Assembly (NCBI GenBank): GCA_964016885.1
Contig: OZ024741.1
Span: 274,908,001-274,972,000, forward strand
Direction: 5' to 3'
DNA: 64,000 nucleotides
DNA from: Eledone cirrhosa
Taxonomy: Eukaryota
Made by a program: the position numbers and the translations under genes
Shown: positions 41,073 through 55,085 of the stretch, piece by piece
Layout: every line of letters starts with the position of its first letter
Numbering within the stretch: position 1 is the first letter of the stretch
The notes under the pieces: model-generated
Seen by the model: only the letters and a program-made list of their open reading frames with translations
Told to the model about the DNA's origin: nothing
Database searches by the model: none

Positions 41073-42359
41073 GATATGTGTATAAAATGGGTGTGATATG
41101 TTACAACAATGGGGGGGGGGCGGCAGAGGAGGTAGAGGCGGCGTTGATGTGTATGTCTGAACGAAGTGGAGGTGGTGTGTATGTCAAAGATATCTTCCTA
41201 AAAATTAACCTCAGATATAAAGCAGCTGAACAAATATTTGTTGTCAACAACCTCTACTACTTCTACTACTACTACCACCACTACTACTACTACTACTACT
41301 ACTGTTGTTGTTTTAATGTGTAATGATTGTGTCAAATATATACATTGTAAGTTATTTTAAGAGCTACAAACCACATAGTATATACCCTACACAATGATGG
41401 CTACCCATTAAAATAAACCGCAACCAAATTTGGTTGCGGTTTATTTTAATGAGTAGTCATTGTGTGGGGGGTATATACTATGAGGGTTATAGCTCTTAAT
41501 GGGTAGAGAATAAAATAAACCGCAACCAAGTTTGGTTGCGGTTTATTTTAATGATAGTCATTGTGTGGGGGGTATATACTATGTGGGTTATAGCTTTTAA
41601 TGGGTAGTGAATCTGTAGAGTGACGTTTCCCAACAGGGTCAGTGCTGCTCCTTAGAGGGGCGTTAGCAGTTATGTGAGGAATAGTAAGCAAAATTATATT
41701 ATAGGGCTCGTTTAGAAGCTTGAGGGGGTTGGTGAAAATCTGTGTATATTAACATCAATGAAATATAGATAAGAGAACAACAACCTTTACTACCAGTTTT
41801 GATTATATTTTAATAGATTGTCTATTACTCTATTACGTGTTCCAGCCGACAGACTAAGGCCATGCTGGGGACTGCCATTTTTTATTTTTTAAATGTTTGG
41901 TTTTAAATATATAAGGGTGCGTCCTCTCCAGAGTCACTAAGACCTTAAAATCTTGACAACTTTTTCGAGATTGTGGTGTAGATTTTTCAATCAAACTTTT
42001 GGCTTTTGGCAGTCCACTCTGGCATGAAGTTTCCCTTAATGCCTTTTATTTCAATTAGCAATTACTTTAATGCGATTAAAAAGCTATGTATCAAAATAAT
42101 TTGTCGTCTGTTATTGGGTACGTACAAGCAGCAGCCTAGCGTCGCTTTGATCGTTATCAGTTGACAGGTTATTCAAGAAACCTAAAAGGTCTATCGTTGT
42201 TTCCTAAAATCTCAGACATCTCGGCACCACTTTAGCTAAGAATAGATAAACACGGTCCTCACGAGAATGGATAATAACTTTTTCAGTCACCGGTCAGCGA
42301 GCTTCCACGTGACTCGGATTGATGATTTTTCAAAAAATTCCAATTGTGGGATCACATAT

Positions 42360-42710
42360 TTGAAAACTTGAACAAATACCGGGCTTTGTCCTACCGCTTC
42401 TTTTTCGTACCGGTCGCCGTCAGGGTCTCCGGTGTCCTGCGCCCTGCACTACCAGTCGTCGGCGGGGTCCCTGGTGTCCTTGGTACCTGCACCACCAGTT
42501 ACCTTCGAAACCTCCGGTGTCTTTGGGCCCCATGTCGCCGTCCAGGAATTTGGTGTCTTTGGTCCCTGCACTGTCGATTTCCTCGACAAAATCAGAAAGC
42601 CAGTAGTCCACCTGAGAAAGGAGCTCCGTGAGGTGGGGTGGCGGTTGCAGCAGGTGTCGCTGGCCATTCTCTAAGGCAATGCCTTCGTATACTGGGCACG
42701 GCCGAATCAC
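42360..42710 (+). mobile_element. Decayed CRE-like 3' fragment
   Basis: KYRALSYRFFFVPVAV..SGV; FETSGVFGP; WRLQQVSLAIL*GNA, parallels 37670-37870. Confidence 0.7.
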
Positions 42711-43159
42711 CACCCAGACAGGAGTGTAGTGTCTATCCCTCCTTCCCTTCTCCTTTTTTTCGTTCCTTAAGTCTACTTTTTTTTCTTCTTTCCCCCTTTT
42801 TTTTGTTTAAATTGCATAAAATATTTTTAAAATCTATATTAAGTTTGCTGAGGTAAACATTTGAACACCTGAACACCTGAACATCTGAAGATAGCAACCA
42901 TTTATTTAGACTTCGAGTGGGTGTCATCCATTTCATTTTTTGTTTTGTTTTTGTTTATTTGTTTGTTTGTTTGTTTGTGTTTTGTTTGTTTTGTGTGTTT
43001 GGGGTAGGGGGTAGCCTTCCTAGAGGAAGCCCAAATGGGTTCCGTCCTGAAATATCAAAAGTGGCACACGTCATGACACTTAATTGAAAGTAACCAACGC
43101 AACAACAGAAAATTTGTTAAAATATGTGTTAGTTTTAAGAAAGTAGTCCATAGTATACA

Positions 43160-44495
43160 TAGGGTGGAAGAAAATATTTCATATATTCAAAGTTTATAGC
43201 ATATTACCAAATTGTCTAAGTATGTATCTAAGATCATGTATTAAAACACAAAAGCCAAAGTAATTACACCTGATGAGGAGAGACAGATTCACCGAAATAG
43301 TCTCTGCTGTTTTCAAGGAGACACTTTAGCACCATGTCTCTTCCCTGTTATCTTAGATTACGCTATAAGAAAATCCATCAATGAGAAGGAAGAGTTTTTT
43401 TTTCTAACTGAAGCGGAGAGGAAGCAAAGAAATGTTTTCCTGTTATTGTAACGGATTTGGAGCTTGCTGACGGCATAGTACTAATTTCCTGAGAAATATT
43501 AGCAACACGACTACTGTAAGGAGTGGAAACTGAAGCTGGCAAAGTAGGGTTACAGCTAAATGTAAATAAAGCAGAAATGCAGAGTTACAATATCTATAGA
43601 ACTCTCGGAATAGCATCTGAGACAGGAGATTGCATCGAGGTGAACAACTTCAAATATATAGGTCAGAAGTTCTCAAACCTTTTCAGCCACCACCCTCCTC
43701 AGAGCCACATAATACCCTCAGCACCCCGCACCCCTATTTCCAGAGAGACCTGCCTACACGCAAATAGTAAATAATATATAATAAATAAAATCGTTAATTT
43801 ATATATAATAAATAATACAATTCATTCTATGTATAAATGTATATTATATATTATTTATTTTACTATATTTACATATAGTATGTATTATTTGATATTTAAT
43901 ATACTATTATATCATCTCTACCGCCGCCCCCTAGCGCCCCCTTAGGCCTTCCCAACCCCCTCCCCTTTGTTGAGAGGGGTGATAGCGCCCGCTTTGAGAA
44001 CCTTTGATCTAGGTGCTTGTGAAAAAGGGTTTTCAGTTGAGAAATGCACTTTTGGTTAGTGTGCCTCACATTGAAGAGGTTATGGATATCATGGATGGCT
44101 TAAAGAAAGGTTTTTTTCATTGCAACAATGGAGTCTGTTTACTTGTATGGATCAAGAGCATGTAACTAAAAAATAGAATTGACGTCGTTGACACTTAATG
44201 TTTCATGGAAATATAAAATCCCAAGCAGAGAATTCTATAAGCTACTTCTACCAGTAAGAGAAAATATAAGGCAGAGGAGAATGAAACTTGCGGGCCATCG
44301 TGTTCGTCACTATGCAGACATAGCAAGTGATACTGTTAAGTGGGAATCATTAGATGGATATATAAACAGTAGTAGAAGGAAAAGAATTGTCATTGAAAAC
44401 TTGCTGGAAGATACTAGGGTGGTTAGTTTATGAGAGCTCTTAATGTAGTTGATGGATAGAGAGCTTTGGAGAGCACGTATGATGAGGAATGGCCG
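43160..44495 (+). mobile_element. Decayed RTE-clade LINE interrupted by a hAT MITE
   Basis: VFQGDTLAP, VGLQLNVNK, NFKYLG, ESVYLYGS, RRMKLAGH. Confidence 0.75.
43664..44006. mobile_element. hAT (Charlie-like) MITE with 8-bp TSD
   Basis: CAGAAGTTCTCAAA / TTTGAGAACCTTTG ends; TSD ATATAGGT / ATCTAGGT; removal restores FKYLG of the host RT. Confidence 0.8.
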
Positions 44496-44511
44496 GGGAC
44501 CTTGTAGCTGG

Positions 44512-44600
<89 letters not shown>

Positions 44601-44659
44601 GTAGGTAGATGTCTATAGACACTATCGTCACAATAGACCAGGGTCTTACTATAAAAACC

Positions 44660-45334
44660 ACTAACGCCAATAACACCATCACTAATCTACCACCAACAAC
44701 TACACTAAACGCCACCATCACTACCAACATCACCACCACCATCAACACCACCACCACTACTACCAAAACCACCACCACCACCACCACAACCAACACCACC
44801 ATCACTATCAACATCACCACCACCATCACCAACAACACCACCAGTATCAACACCACCACCACTACTACCAAAACCACCACCACCACCACCACCACCACCT
44901 CCATCACTATCAACATCACCACCACCATCACTACCACCAACACCACCATCAACACCACCACCACTACTACCATCACCACCACCACAACCAACACCACCAT
45001 CACTATCAACACCACCACCACCACCACCACCAACACCTCCATCACTATCAACATCACCACTACCATCACCAACAACAACACCACCATCCACACCACCACC
45101 ACTACTACCATCACCACCACCACAACCAACACCACCACAACCAACACCTCCATCACTATCAACATCACCACCACCACCAACAACAACAACACCACTATCA
45201 ACACCACCACTACTACTACTACTACCATCACCACCACCACCACAACCAACACCACCATCACTATCAACATCACCACCACCAACAACAACAACAACATCAC
45301 CACCACCACCAACACCACCATCACTATCAACATC

Positions 45335-45365
<31 letters not shown>

Positions 45366-46376
45366 CCACCACTATCACTAGCAACATCACCACCACCACC
45401 ACCAACAACAACAACACCACCACTATCACTAGCAACATCACCACCACCACCACCAACAACAACAACACCACCAACACTATCACTAGCAACATCACCACCA
45501 CCACCACCACCACCAATACCACCACCACTATCACTACCACCATCACCACCACCACCACCACCAACAGCAACAACAACAACACCACTATCACTAGCAACAT
45601 CACCACCACCACCAACAACAACAACAACACCACCAACACTATCACTAGCAACATCACCACCACCACCACCACCAACACCACCACCACTATCACTACCACC
45701 ATCACCACCACCACCACCACCAACACCACCACCACTATCACTACCAACATCACCACCACCATCACCAACAACACCAACATCAACAACACCAGCACTAATA
45801 TCAGTGTAGAAGGTATATTATTAAAGGAGGAGCCAGTGGCTGAGGGGTCACGTGGCACTATTAGTACTGACATGGAAACAATATATATGATAATAGGGGG
45901 GGTAGTTGTGTGGGGGTTGGGATGAGGAAGAAATAGAATGGGGGTTGGAGGGGTGGATGAGAACAAGGGATGTGGATGAATAAGGGAGGGGAAGAAGAAG
46001 AAGAAGAAGAAGAAGAAGAAGAAGAAGAAGAAGAAGAAGAAGAAGAAGAAAGACCACCATCACCATCACCACCATCAATACAACCACAAGAATCACCACC
46101 ACCATCATATACACTACATACACCACCACACGCACACACCACCTCCACCAGCACATACACCAGCACCTTCATCAGCCGCTTTCATCAAAATGTAACCACC
46201 ACACCACTACTAACAACATCACCTCCACCGCCGCCACCCACACCACCCACCATCAGCCGCCATCGTCAAAACACTACGTTAAAAGGTGAGAACGGTGTGA
46301 CTATTTATGTGTACGGCTGATTACACCTGTATCATACCTTCTATACAGGTAACTGGAGATTAACTGATACATCACA

Positions 46377-46418
<42 letters not shown>

Positions 46419-46448
46419 CACTACCACTACCATTACCACTACTACCAT

Positions 46449-46493
<45 letters not shown>

Positions 46494-46502
46494 CACTACC
46501 AT

Positions 46503-46543
<41 letters not shown>

Positions 46544-46562
46544 GTACTACTACTACTACTAG

Positions 46563-46605
<43 letters not shown>

Positions 46606-46776
46606 GCCATCACTACTGCTACTACTATAACCACTACTACGCCCACTACAACCATCACCACTACTGCCACCACTACCACCACTGCTACCACTATTACCAC
46701 TATCACTACTACAACCGCCACTACGACCATCACCACTTCTACAAGTGCTACCATCACCACCACTACTAATACTAGC

Positions 46777-46807
<31 letters not shown>

Positions 46808-46828
46808 ATGGTGGTGGTAGTGGTGATG

Positions 46829-46889
<61 letters not shown>

Positions 46890-47930
46890 CAGCAGTAGTG
46901 ATGGTGGTAGTGCCGTAAGGCTGCGAGCAGCGACAACGTCAGTCATCCTTGATCAAACTCACCCACCACCCCACCATAACCTTCCTTACAAGCAACACCC
47001 GACCACCCATCAATACCTCTACCACCATCACCACCATCACCATTACCAACTCCACCATCACCATCACCACCAACACCATCATCACCATTACCAACTCCAC
47101 CATCACCATCACCACCATCAACACCACCATCACCATCAACACCACCATCATCACCATCAACACCACCACCAACACCACCATCATCACCAACACCACCATC
47201 ACCACCATCATCACAACCATAACCACCACCAACACTATCATCACCATCACCACAATCATAACCACTAACATCACCATCACCACCAACACCACCATCATCA
47301 CCACCAACACCATCATCACCATCACCACCACCACCATCATCACCACCAACACCACCATCATCACAACCAACACCACAATCATCACCACCAACACCACCAC
47401 CAACACCATCTTCACCATCACCATCACCACCACCACCATCATCACCACCAACACCACCATCATCACCACCAACACCATCATCACCATCACCACAATCATC
47501 ACCACTAACATCACCATCACCATCAACACCACCATCATCACCACCAACACCATCATCACCATCACCACAATCATCACCACTAACATCACCATCACCATCA
47601 ACACCACCATCATCACCACCAACACCACCATCATCACTAACACCACCATCATTACTACCACCACCACCACTATTACTATCCCCACCCTCACTACCATCCC
47701 CAACTACCACCCTATTATAATTATCCCCACCACCAGCACTACTGCCACTACCTGTTACACCACCACCCACACTACCTGCTACACCACCTCTACTACCTAC
47801 TACAACACCCCACCCCCAGCCCACCCACCCACCAACACCACTACCTACTACACCACCACCACTACCTGTCACACCACCAAAACTACCACTACTACTACAA
47901 CACCACCACCACTACCTGCTACACCACCAC
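44660..47930. repeat. (ACC/ACT/ATC)n low-complexity tracts
   Basis: Direct; poly-T/V ORFs are artefacts. Confidence 0.9.
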
Positions 47931-48039
47931 CATGGTGGTCGCCCTTCAAGCTGTATCTGACATCTTATCAACGAGGCCAACATTTGATATGTTAGAAGGA
48001 AAAATTTGATCCTGATTCCATGGTTGGACAGTTTAGTAT

Positions 48040-48705
48040 AAATGGCAGCTCCCTCTAGTGGTGAGGTGAGGACATTTCACTGTAGACTATAGCTCCCTCT
48101 GGTGGTGAAGTGGTGAAAGGTTATAGTAGATGACAGCTCCTTCTGCTGGGAACATTGTTGGGCGGTTACTATAGACGGTAGCTCCCTCTGACGGTAACAT
48201 ATGGAGAGTTTCCTACAGATGATAGCGCCCTCTGTTGGGGAAGTAGGAGAGTTTCCTATATATGGTAGCGCCCTCTAGTGTGGAAATAGAGGTTAGTATA
48301 GACGGTAGCTCACTCTGGTGGTGAAATATGGAGGGTTTCCTATAGATGGTTGCACCCTCTGGTGGGGAAATAGAGAGAGGTTAGTAAAGACAGTAGCCCA
48401 CTCTGGTGGTGAAATATGTAGGGTTTCCTATAGATGGTAGCACCCTCTGGTGGGGAAATAGCGATAGGTTCGTATAGATAGTAGCTCACTCTGGTGGTGA
48501 AATATGGAGGGTTTCCTATAGATGGTAGCACCCTCTGATGGGGAAATATGGAAAGGTTCGTATAGACGGTAGCTCACTCTGGTGGTGAAATATGGAGGGT
48601 TTCCTATAGATGGTAGCACCCTCTGATGGGGAAATATGGAGAGGTTCGTATAGACGGTAGTTCACTCTGGTGGTGAAATATGGAGTTTCCTATAGATGTA
48701 GCACC
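48040..48705. repeat. ~44-bp minisatellite with alternating (88-bp dimer) variants
   Basis: TATAGAYGGTAGC(A/T)C(C/A)CTCTGGTGG.GAAATA recurs ~15 times. Confidence 0.9.
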
Positions 48706-48706
48706 T

Positions 48707-48740
<34 letters not shown>

Positions 48741-48797
48741 CCTTTCTCTCTCTCTCTCTCGTTTTTCTCTTTCTCTCCTTTCCCCTCTCACATTCTC

Positions 48798-48879
<82 letters not shown>

Positions 48880-49774
48880 TCTCTCTCTCTGGAAGAAATC
48901 GGATATGTTTCAAACCGGAGAGAGATGACATCCGCCAGGTTTAAAATGCCCAACACACAACATGTGTCAGGATGGCGCCCCTACAACTCCATCAGTAGTT
49001 AAGTTCATTTTACCTTTACGACAACCTAAACGAACACCTAGCCATTTGGATACATTTGTGTCACATATGATAATTACCCTCCTGGGGCAGTCATTAAATG
49101 TAGTTAGAAATGTGTATTTATTCTCCTCCTGGGGCATTCTTTAAATATAATAAGACATTTTTATTTATTCCCTTCCTGAGACATCTTTAAAGGTAGTTAG
49201 ACATGTTGGTACATTCCCCTCCTGGGGCATACATTAAATGTAATTAGACATTTTATTTGTTCCCCTCCTGGGGCATACATTAATTGTAGGTAAACATATT
49301 TTAATGTTACTTTAATAAAGACAGAGCGAGTGTAAGGCGGACAATTTTTAATGTCACCCCAAAAAAAACCAGTGAAAGACGCTGACTATTTCAATGGACC
49401 AGCCACCGACTAGTATTTAATAAAGACCAAGGTAGATGGTTGATGAAGCTGCAACTCTTTCTATTGCATCCTCATAATACATCACACTCAATTTCAATAT
49501 CTTTTAGTTTGTCCGGATATGTATCACATTAATCCGGAAGTTTATGCAAATTAACCGGAAACGAACATCTACAGTATATTCCGCCGACATTAGTTGAACA
49601 AATAGTACTTTCTACTAGCTATAGTTTGTATCAGAACATTTCCTGTCAGTCAGTGGACGTCTGCTGCTTGCCATTTTAAAATCTTTTGTTTTAGATGCTT
49701 TGAAAAAAAAATAGAAACAGTATTTTAAAAATCTGAATTTAGATTAACAACTGTTGTTTGTTGAAGGAAGCAAG

Positions 49775-50342
49775 ATGGATGTTCGAATCCTATAATGAGT
49801 CCAAATTTGTCAACGAAGACCTCGTCCAGGACCCCACATCTAAACCAGCCGGCTTTGATCTTCCCAGAAAACAATGAGTGTCCCTTAATCTGATCCACAC
49901 AACACATGGCAGGACAGCCCATCATCTCCATTGATGGAAAATGAAAGACAGCCCAGCATGTGACTGTGAGGGCCCTCACCAGACAGTACCGCATGTTGTT
50001 CGGGATCGGGACTACCCACTGTGACATTTTCCCGGCGGCCTGGAGGCTATCAATAATTGTTTCTACTTTTGGCACAAGGCCAACAATCACCCAGTGCAAT
50101 ACTGGTACTTGATTTTATCGACCCCGTAAGGATGAAAGGCAAAGTTAACCTCGGCGAAATTTGAACTAAGAATGGAAAGGGCCGTAACTCCATGCGTCAA
50201 AGCATGGCGTCCGACCCTCTACCGATACTGTCAATCCACCGCCCTGGAGGCTATCAATAATGCTGCAAATGACGCTATGGTCTGGCTCGCTAGTCTCGAC
50301 CTGCCTCTCTAGTTACTGTGTCATACGACAAGAAGAAGACGA
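49775..50342 (+). mobile_element. Vingi/Ingi-like LINE 3' fragment interrupted by a SINE
   Basis: DPTSKPAGFDLPRKQ*VSLN..HGR..SPACDC..QTVPHVV; resumes GGLEAINNAANDAMVWL; tail CATACGACAAGAAGAAG. Confidence 0.7.
50058..50243 (-). mobile_element. SINE copy with ~18-bp TSD
   Basis: CTGGAGGCTATCAATAAT on both sides. Confidence 0.9.
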
Positions 50343-50972
50343 ATCACCTATACACGTGGCTTGTTAAAGTACACACAAGCTCGGCGATGACGAGTATGGG
50401 GGGCGAGGAGGTAGCAGGTGCTAAGGTAGACTAGAATGTTACGAGTAGGTTCAATCAAATTCATTTTATCGCAACAGAACGTCTCAAAATCAATGAAAGA
50501 CATCAATAAAAAATGTATGAAATTAAATATATAAAAGAAATTCCGCCATTCGAACTTTTGGCTCTTGAAAGCAAACAAGCTTACAAATTATTCATTAACA
50601 AATCGAAAGAACATAAAACGAATGGTAAATCAGAACATTAAAGGATAAAATGATATTAGAAACTCGGCAAGACTCTTGAGGGATAAACTGTTGTAATGGT
50701 GTGTAAAGTAAAGAAGAAAAATGAGGAAATTCAAAATGGTTGTTTTAAAAAAACCAACAGCTATGACAAGGGTTTTAATGAAAAAAATAGTAGTTTTTGT
50801 TTTGTTTTGTTTGAGACAAACGTCAAATTTGTGATAGTTATTCGTTTTTACGTTTTTATGTGTCTAGCTCAGTTCAAAGTGATAATAGCAACTACATATA
50901 GTAAGGTAACTAATGTTATTTGATTTATGTTGATGAGGTAAATCCATAATTAAACTCCGAGCAAACGGCACA

Positions 50973-51069
<97 letters not shown>

Positions 51070-51113
51070 TACATATATATACATATATGTATATATATAT
51101 ATTCATATATATA

Positions 51114-51215
<102 letters not shown>

Positions 51216-51886
51216 TATATGTATGTATATACATACATACAAATATATATATATATGAGGTAAAAAAAACAAGCAAGGAATTGACTGGAAAGTCAGACTT
51301 CTCTTCTGAATAAATCTGATAAACTAATTACAGCTGCTACTACTGTCTCATCAATTAGGTGTCGTAGAATTATTGGTGACAGTCGTAACTAAGGTTACAG
51401 TCTTAGTAACCAAGGTTACAGCAGCAGACGTTGATTGGACAGTTTTAGATGTCTACACTACTTTGGCATCATGTGACGATCACGCAAACTTCCTTGTGTT
51501 TACATATATATATATATATATTTGTGTGTGTGTGAGTGTGTGTGTGTGTGAGTGTGTGTGTGTGTGAGTGTGTGTGTGGGGGGGGTGTAGGTGCGCAGTT
51601 TAGTAGTTAAGGTGTTCGGCTCACGAAGATTGTGATTTCGATTTTCACCGGCGCGTTGTCTCACTCAGCTGACAAAATTAGGATAATTTTTTATTATTAC
51701 ACTCATCTCCAAGAGCTGTGTTGCAGAGTTCTCATGTAGATGGACCGCACGAAACCAGTAATTTACGACGGTTTTGATGTCCGTATTCGTAAAACATCAT
51801 AAATCATAGGAAAACGTAAAATTCATTTTCAAAATTCTAACCAGGCCCATATAATAATTACCCTTAATATTAAAAATATATATTTA

Positions 51887-52391
51887 CTAGCCGAATTACC
51901 CGCGCCTTGCTGCATTTCACACTTTTTTTTTTATTTGTAAGAAAATGATGATTGATTTTAAATAAGTGATATAATTTATGGAGAAAAAACTCTGCATTTT
52001 AATAATACTCAATGTAAAATGTAGTGCATGAAAAATTGGAAAACATTATTTTTTGTAATATATCAAATCAAAATTACATTATTAAATCTTATTCTTATTT
52101 TGTTTTTTGTAAATATTTTTTTCAAAAATATCATTTCAAAACTTTTGTGAATAGGCATCATATCTTGTCATTTACCTATAGTTTAAATTTCATATAAATC
52201 GAAGGGAAAACATTTTCAGCGGGGGTTTGTGCCCCCGAGGAACCCTTTGATTAAAATGAAATATACTTATCCAAGTACCCTGGGCAATGTAGTTTCAGAA
52301 TATATATGGTTATGGGGGTCTATCTCCAAAACCATAGGAGGAGTTCGTGAACGAACAAACAGACAGGAACTACAATTTTATATATATAGAT
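51887..52391 (+). mobile_element. Non-autonomous Helentron/Helitron-like element
   Basis: Starts ACTAGCCG..ACCCGCGC; ends GGAGGAGTTCG..CAAACAGACAG..TTTTATATATATAGAT, a typical HINE-like layout. Confidence 0.5.
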
Positions 52392-52619
52392 ACAGTATAT
52401 ACTATTACACCAGTCTCCGAGACGTTTGTAATAATAAAAGAAATACCAAAATGAGTTATACCGATACATTTACATACATACGTCATTTGCGCACATTGGT
52501 TGTACAGGAGCCATCCCACCCTAATGTGCGAAATTGTACGCCAGAAGGTGGCTGAAGAGGTAGAGATGCAGTTATTTAATTGTTTTACTGTGTGCATTTT
52601 TTTGTTGATATCATACATA

Positions 52620-52786
52620 CTGTATTTCTCGGCGCCGAAGATGCTTCGTCCTCGAGGACGCACCCTAATTTTGACAATCAAAAATTTGAAAAAAATAATA
52701 AACAACCTTTGGCCTCCAGGATGCATGGCAGATTTTTGAGACTTATTTTAGGAAAATAGTAGCTTCTTCGACGCCGTGAAATACGG
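52620..52786. mobile_element. pogo/Tc2-type MITE
   Basis: TIRs CTGTATTTCTCGGCGCCGAAGATGC / GCTTCTTCGACGCCGTGAAATACGG; TA on both sides. Confidence 0.75.
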
Positions 52787-53030
52787 TACATAGCAGCCGA
52801 AGTGTATGAGTGTGTAAGTGAGACTGTACCAGCGTGTGTAAATATATACACATATCTAATATGTAGACATGTAAACATGCCAGAAAATATAAATTTCCCT
52901 ATATATGTATATACTAATATAGATTAATGTTTATGTATACATATTTTTATATGTATTGTTTCTTAGTTCCACGTCAGCTCTGATCGACCAGTTTTATGTT
53001 TAAAGGACTCAGCTTTGACCGTCCTAATTA

Positions 53031-53765
53031 CACCGTGTAACATATTTTTTTTGTTCCCCGGTTCTAAGTGTCATTTCATGGTTTATTATATCCCATTATT
53101 ATAAACAAAAAACATTATTATTTAATCAGAAGTTTGGGTTTGTGGTCAGGAGTTTGATATTTCGAAATTTTCATATTTTTCAAGAAAAAACACATTTTTT
53201 TTTAAATTTATCAGTTCATATAATTAAATCAACAGAGTATATATTTATTTTATTACACAAGCTTATCAAAAGCAAACAAGTAAAAACAAATAACACTTAT
53301 AAAGCAACTTATACATGTCAGAAATGACTGGATTTCCTGGATTTGCTGTTGTAGTCCAGGTCGCGTTCCCGCACTAGCCCCCAGATATAGTACCCCATCA
53401 TTTTTTCATTGTAATGGCCCTGGTACCTCCGCTCTATCTCTTTCACATCTTGGCGGAATCGTTCGCCTTGTTATTCTGAGTAGGCGCCCATATTGTCCTT
53501 GAATTTTTCCAGGTGAGTGTCCAGCATATGGTGTTTAAGCGACATCCTGCATCCCATGGCGCCAAAAGCCGTTATCAGATCCTGCACCAGTTGCTGGTAG
53601 TTTTCAGCTCTGTAGTTGCCCAGGAAACCCTTAACAACTGCCTTGAAACAGTTCAATGCTGTTCTCTCAATCCTATAGAGCTTATTGGAGAACTCGGTAG
53701 ACTCAAACACCTTCTTTATCTGAGGTCCAACAAAAATTCTACCTTTGATTTTGGCCTCAGATAAC
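53031..53765 (-). mobile_element. Chapaev3-like DNA transposon 3' part (decayed transposase)
   Basis: IFVGPQIK, GFLGNYRAENY, GCRMSLKHHMLDTHL, SE*QGERFRQD..ERRYQG; terminus TTA|CACCGTGTAAC. Confidence 0.65.
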
Positions 53766-53899
53766 TTGGTTACACTGTCTAATAATTATTAGACAGTGTA
53801 ACTAAGACTTCATTATCAAGAGTCCTTCCATTTTTAAACAATGGGATGTTGTATGTGTGATATTTGACTGTTATTTCTAGCAAGTCAAATGACCATGTA

Positions 53900-54290
53900 G
53901 AATTTCCCTTCCCAGCTCTTGTCAGTGGGCTAGACCGAGGGGGTCGGCAAAAGGCTAAACGGCATGACTATCTTCCCGTTCCCTTCATCTGGGATGCCAC
54001 ATTTTGGGATGCATTTAGCGGCAACCTGGTACTTTCGGCTACCAGCCCAAGCTCCGTTCCTCCGTTTGATAGGTTTGTGGTTGAGCCTGTGGCAGTGACA
54101 AATTCTGGCGTTCTTGGTCCCCAGACCGCATCCTTACCCTTTGCGGGTAACTAACTCCTTACTCGGAGTTAGTTACCCGCAAAGGTGAACCCCCGCGAGT
54201 TGGAGTGACTGATCCAGAACATATCCCTCGCTATCCTCCGAATTAATGTCTTCTCCACCCTGTCCACCGACCCTGTCCACCGGGACTATG
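53900..54290 (+). mobile_element. Decayed CRE-like 3' fragment
   Basis: Clear nucleotide similarity to 37470-37890 (GGCAAAAGGCTA.A.GGCATGAC; CCCCGCGAGTTGGAGTG). Confidence 0.75.
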
Positions 54291-54329
54291 AAGCGTACAA
54301 ACCCTTAAACCCTGAGTAATAAATACAGA

Positions 54330-54364
<35 letters not shown>

Positions 54365-54722
54365 TAGAGTAAACGTCCACCTAGTTATATGTGTGTACGT
54401 GTGTGTATAATAAGGTTACCGCAATGTCGCCCCGCCTTATAAATCAGATAGATTTTCGGTGTGTGTGAGTACATGTGTGTGTGTGTGTGTAAGTAGATGA
54501 GTACATATGTGTGTGAGCACATATGAGTGTGTGTGTGTGTGTGTGTGTAATCAATACTATGTGATAATTAATATGTTGTAGGTGTGTTCAAGGAACTATG
54601 CTCTGTTAGAAGGCATTGAATTCTCCTATCCTACATACCTGACAGTAACAGTGATGCTAACAGCGCAGAAAGAACAATTCTGTATTTGTATACACACACA
54701 CACACATACACAGATATATCTA

Positions 54723-54860
<138 letters not shown>

Positions 54861-55047
54861 CATCTATATATACATATTGTATATATGTATATATATACAT
54901 ACACACACAGTATGTGTTAAACGAAGCATTGTAAGATTGAGTTAGAATTGTGAAAATTGTTTTAGAAAGCCAATACAATGTAAGTTAAAAATATATGAGT
55001 GAAAATAGAAACTAAGACAACAGAACAGTTTAGATTTTTAACTTGTA

Positions 55048-55085
55048 TTTCAATATTTCAGGGTTAGCACTCCCTTATCAAGAAA
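55048..55085 (-). ncRNA. Minimal hammerhead, U3-A8 variant
   Basis: TTTC-TTGATAA-GGG/AGTGCTAAC/CCT-GAAA-TA-TT-GAAA; palindromic AATATT. Confidence 0.65.

Noticed and set aside
43270-43305. CTGATGA...GAAA hammerhead-like string
   Set aside because: Lies in RTE RT coding sequence (VITPD.E) and lacks convincing stem I/II pairing
44440-47995. Long poly-Thr/Val 'mucin-like' ORFs (also 26.4-29.6 kb and 38.4-39.3 kb)
   Set aside because: Translations of trinucleotide repeats open in several frames; no signal peptide, domain or splice evidence
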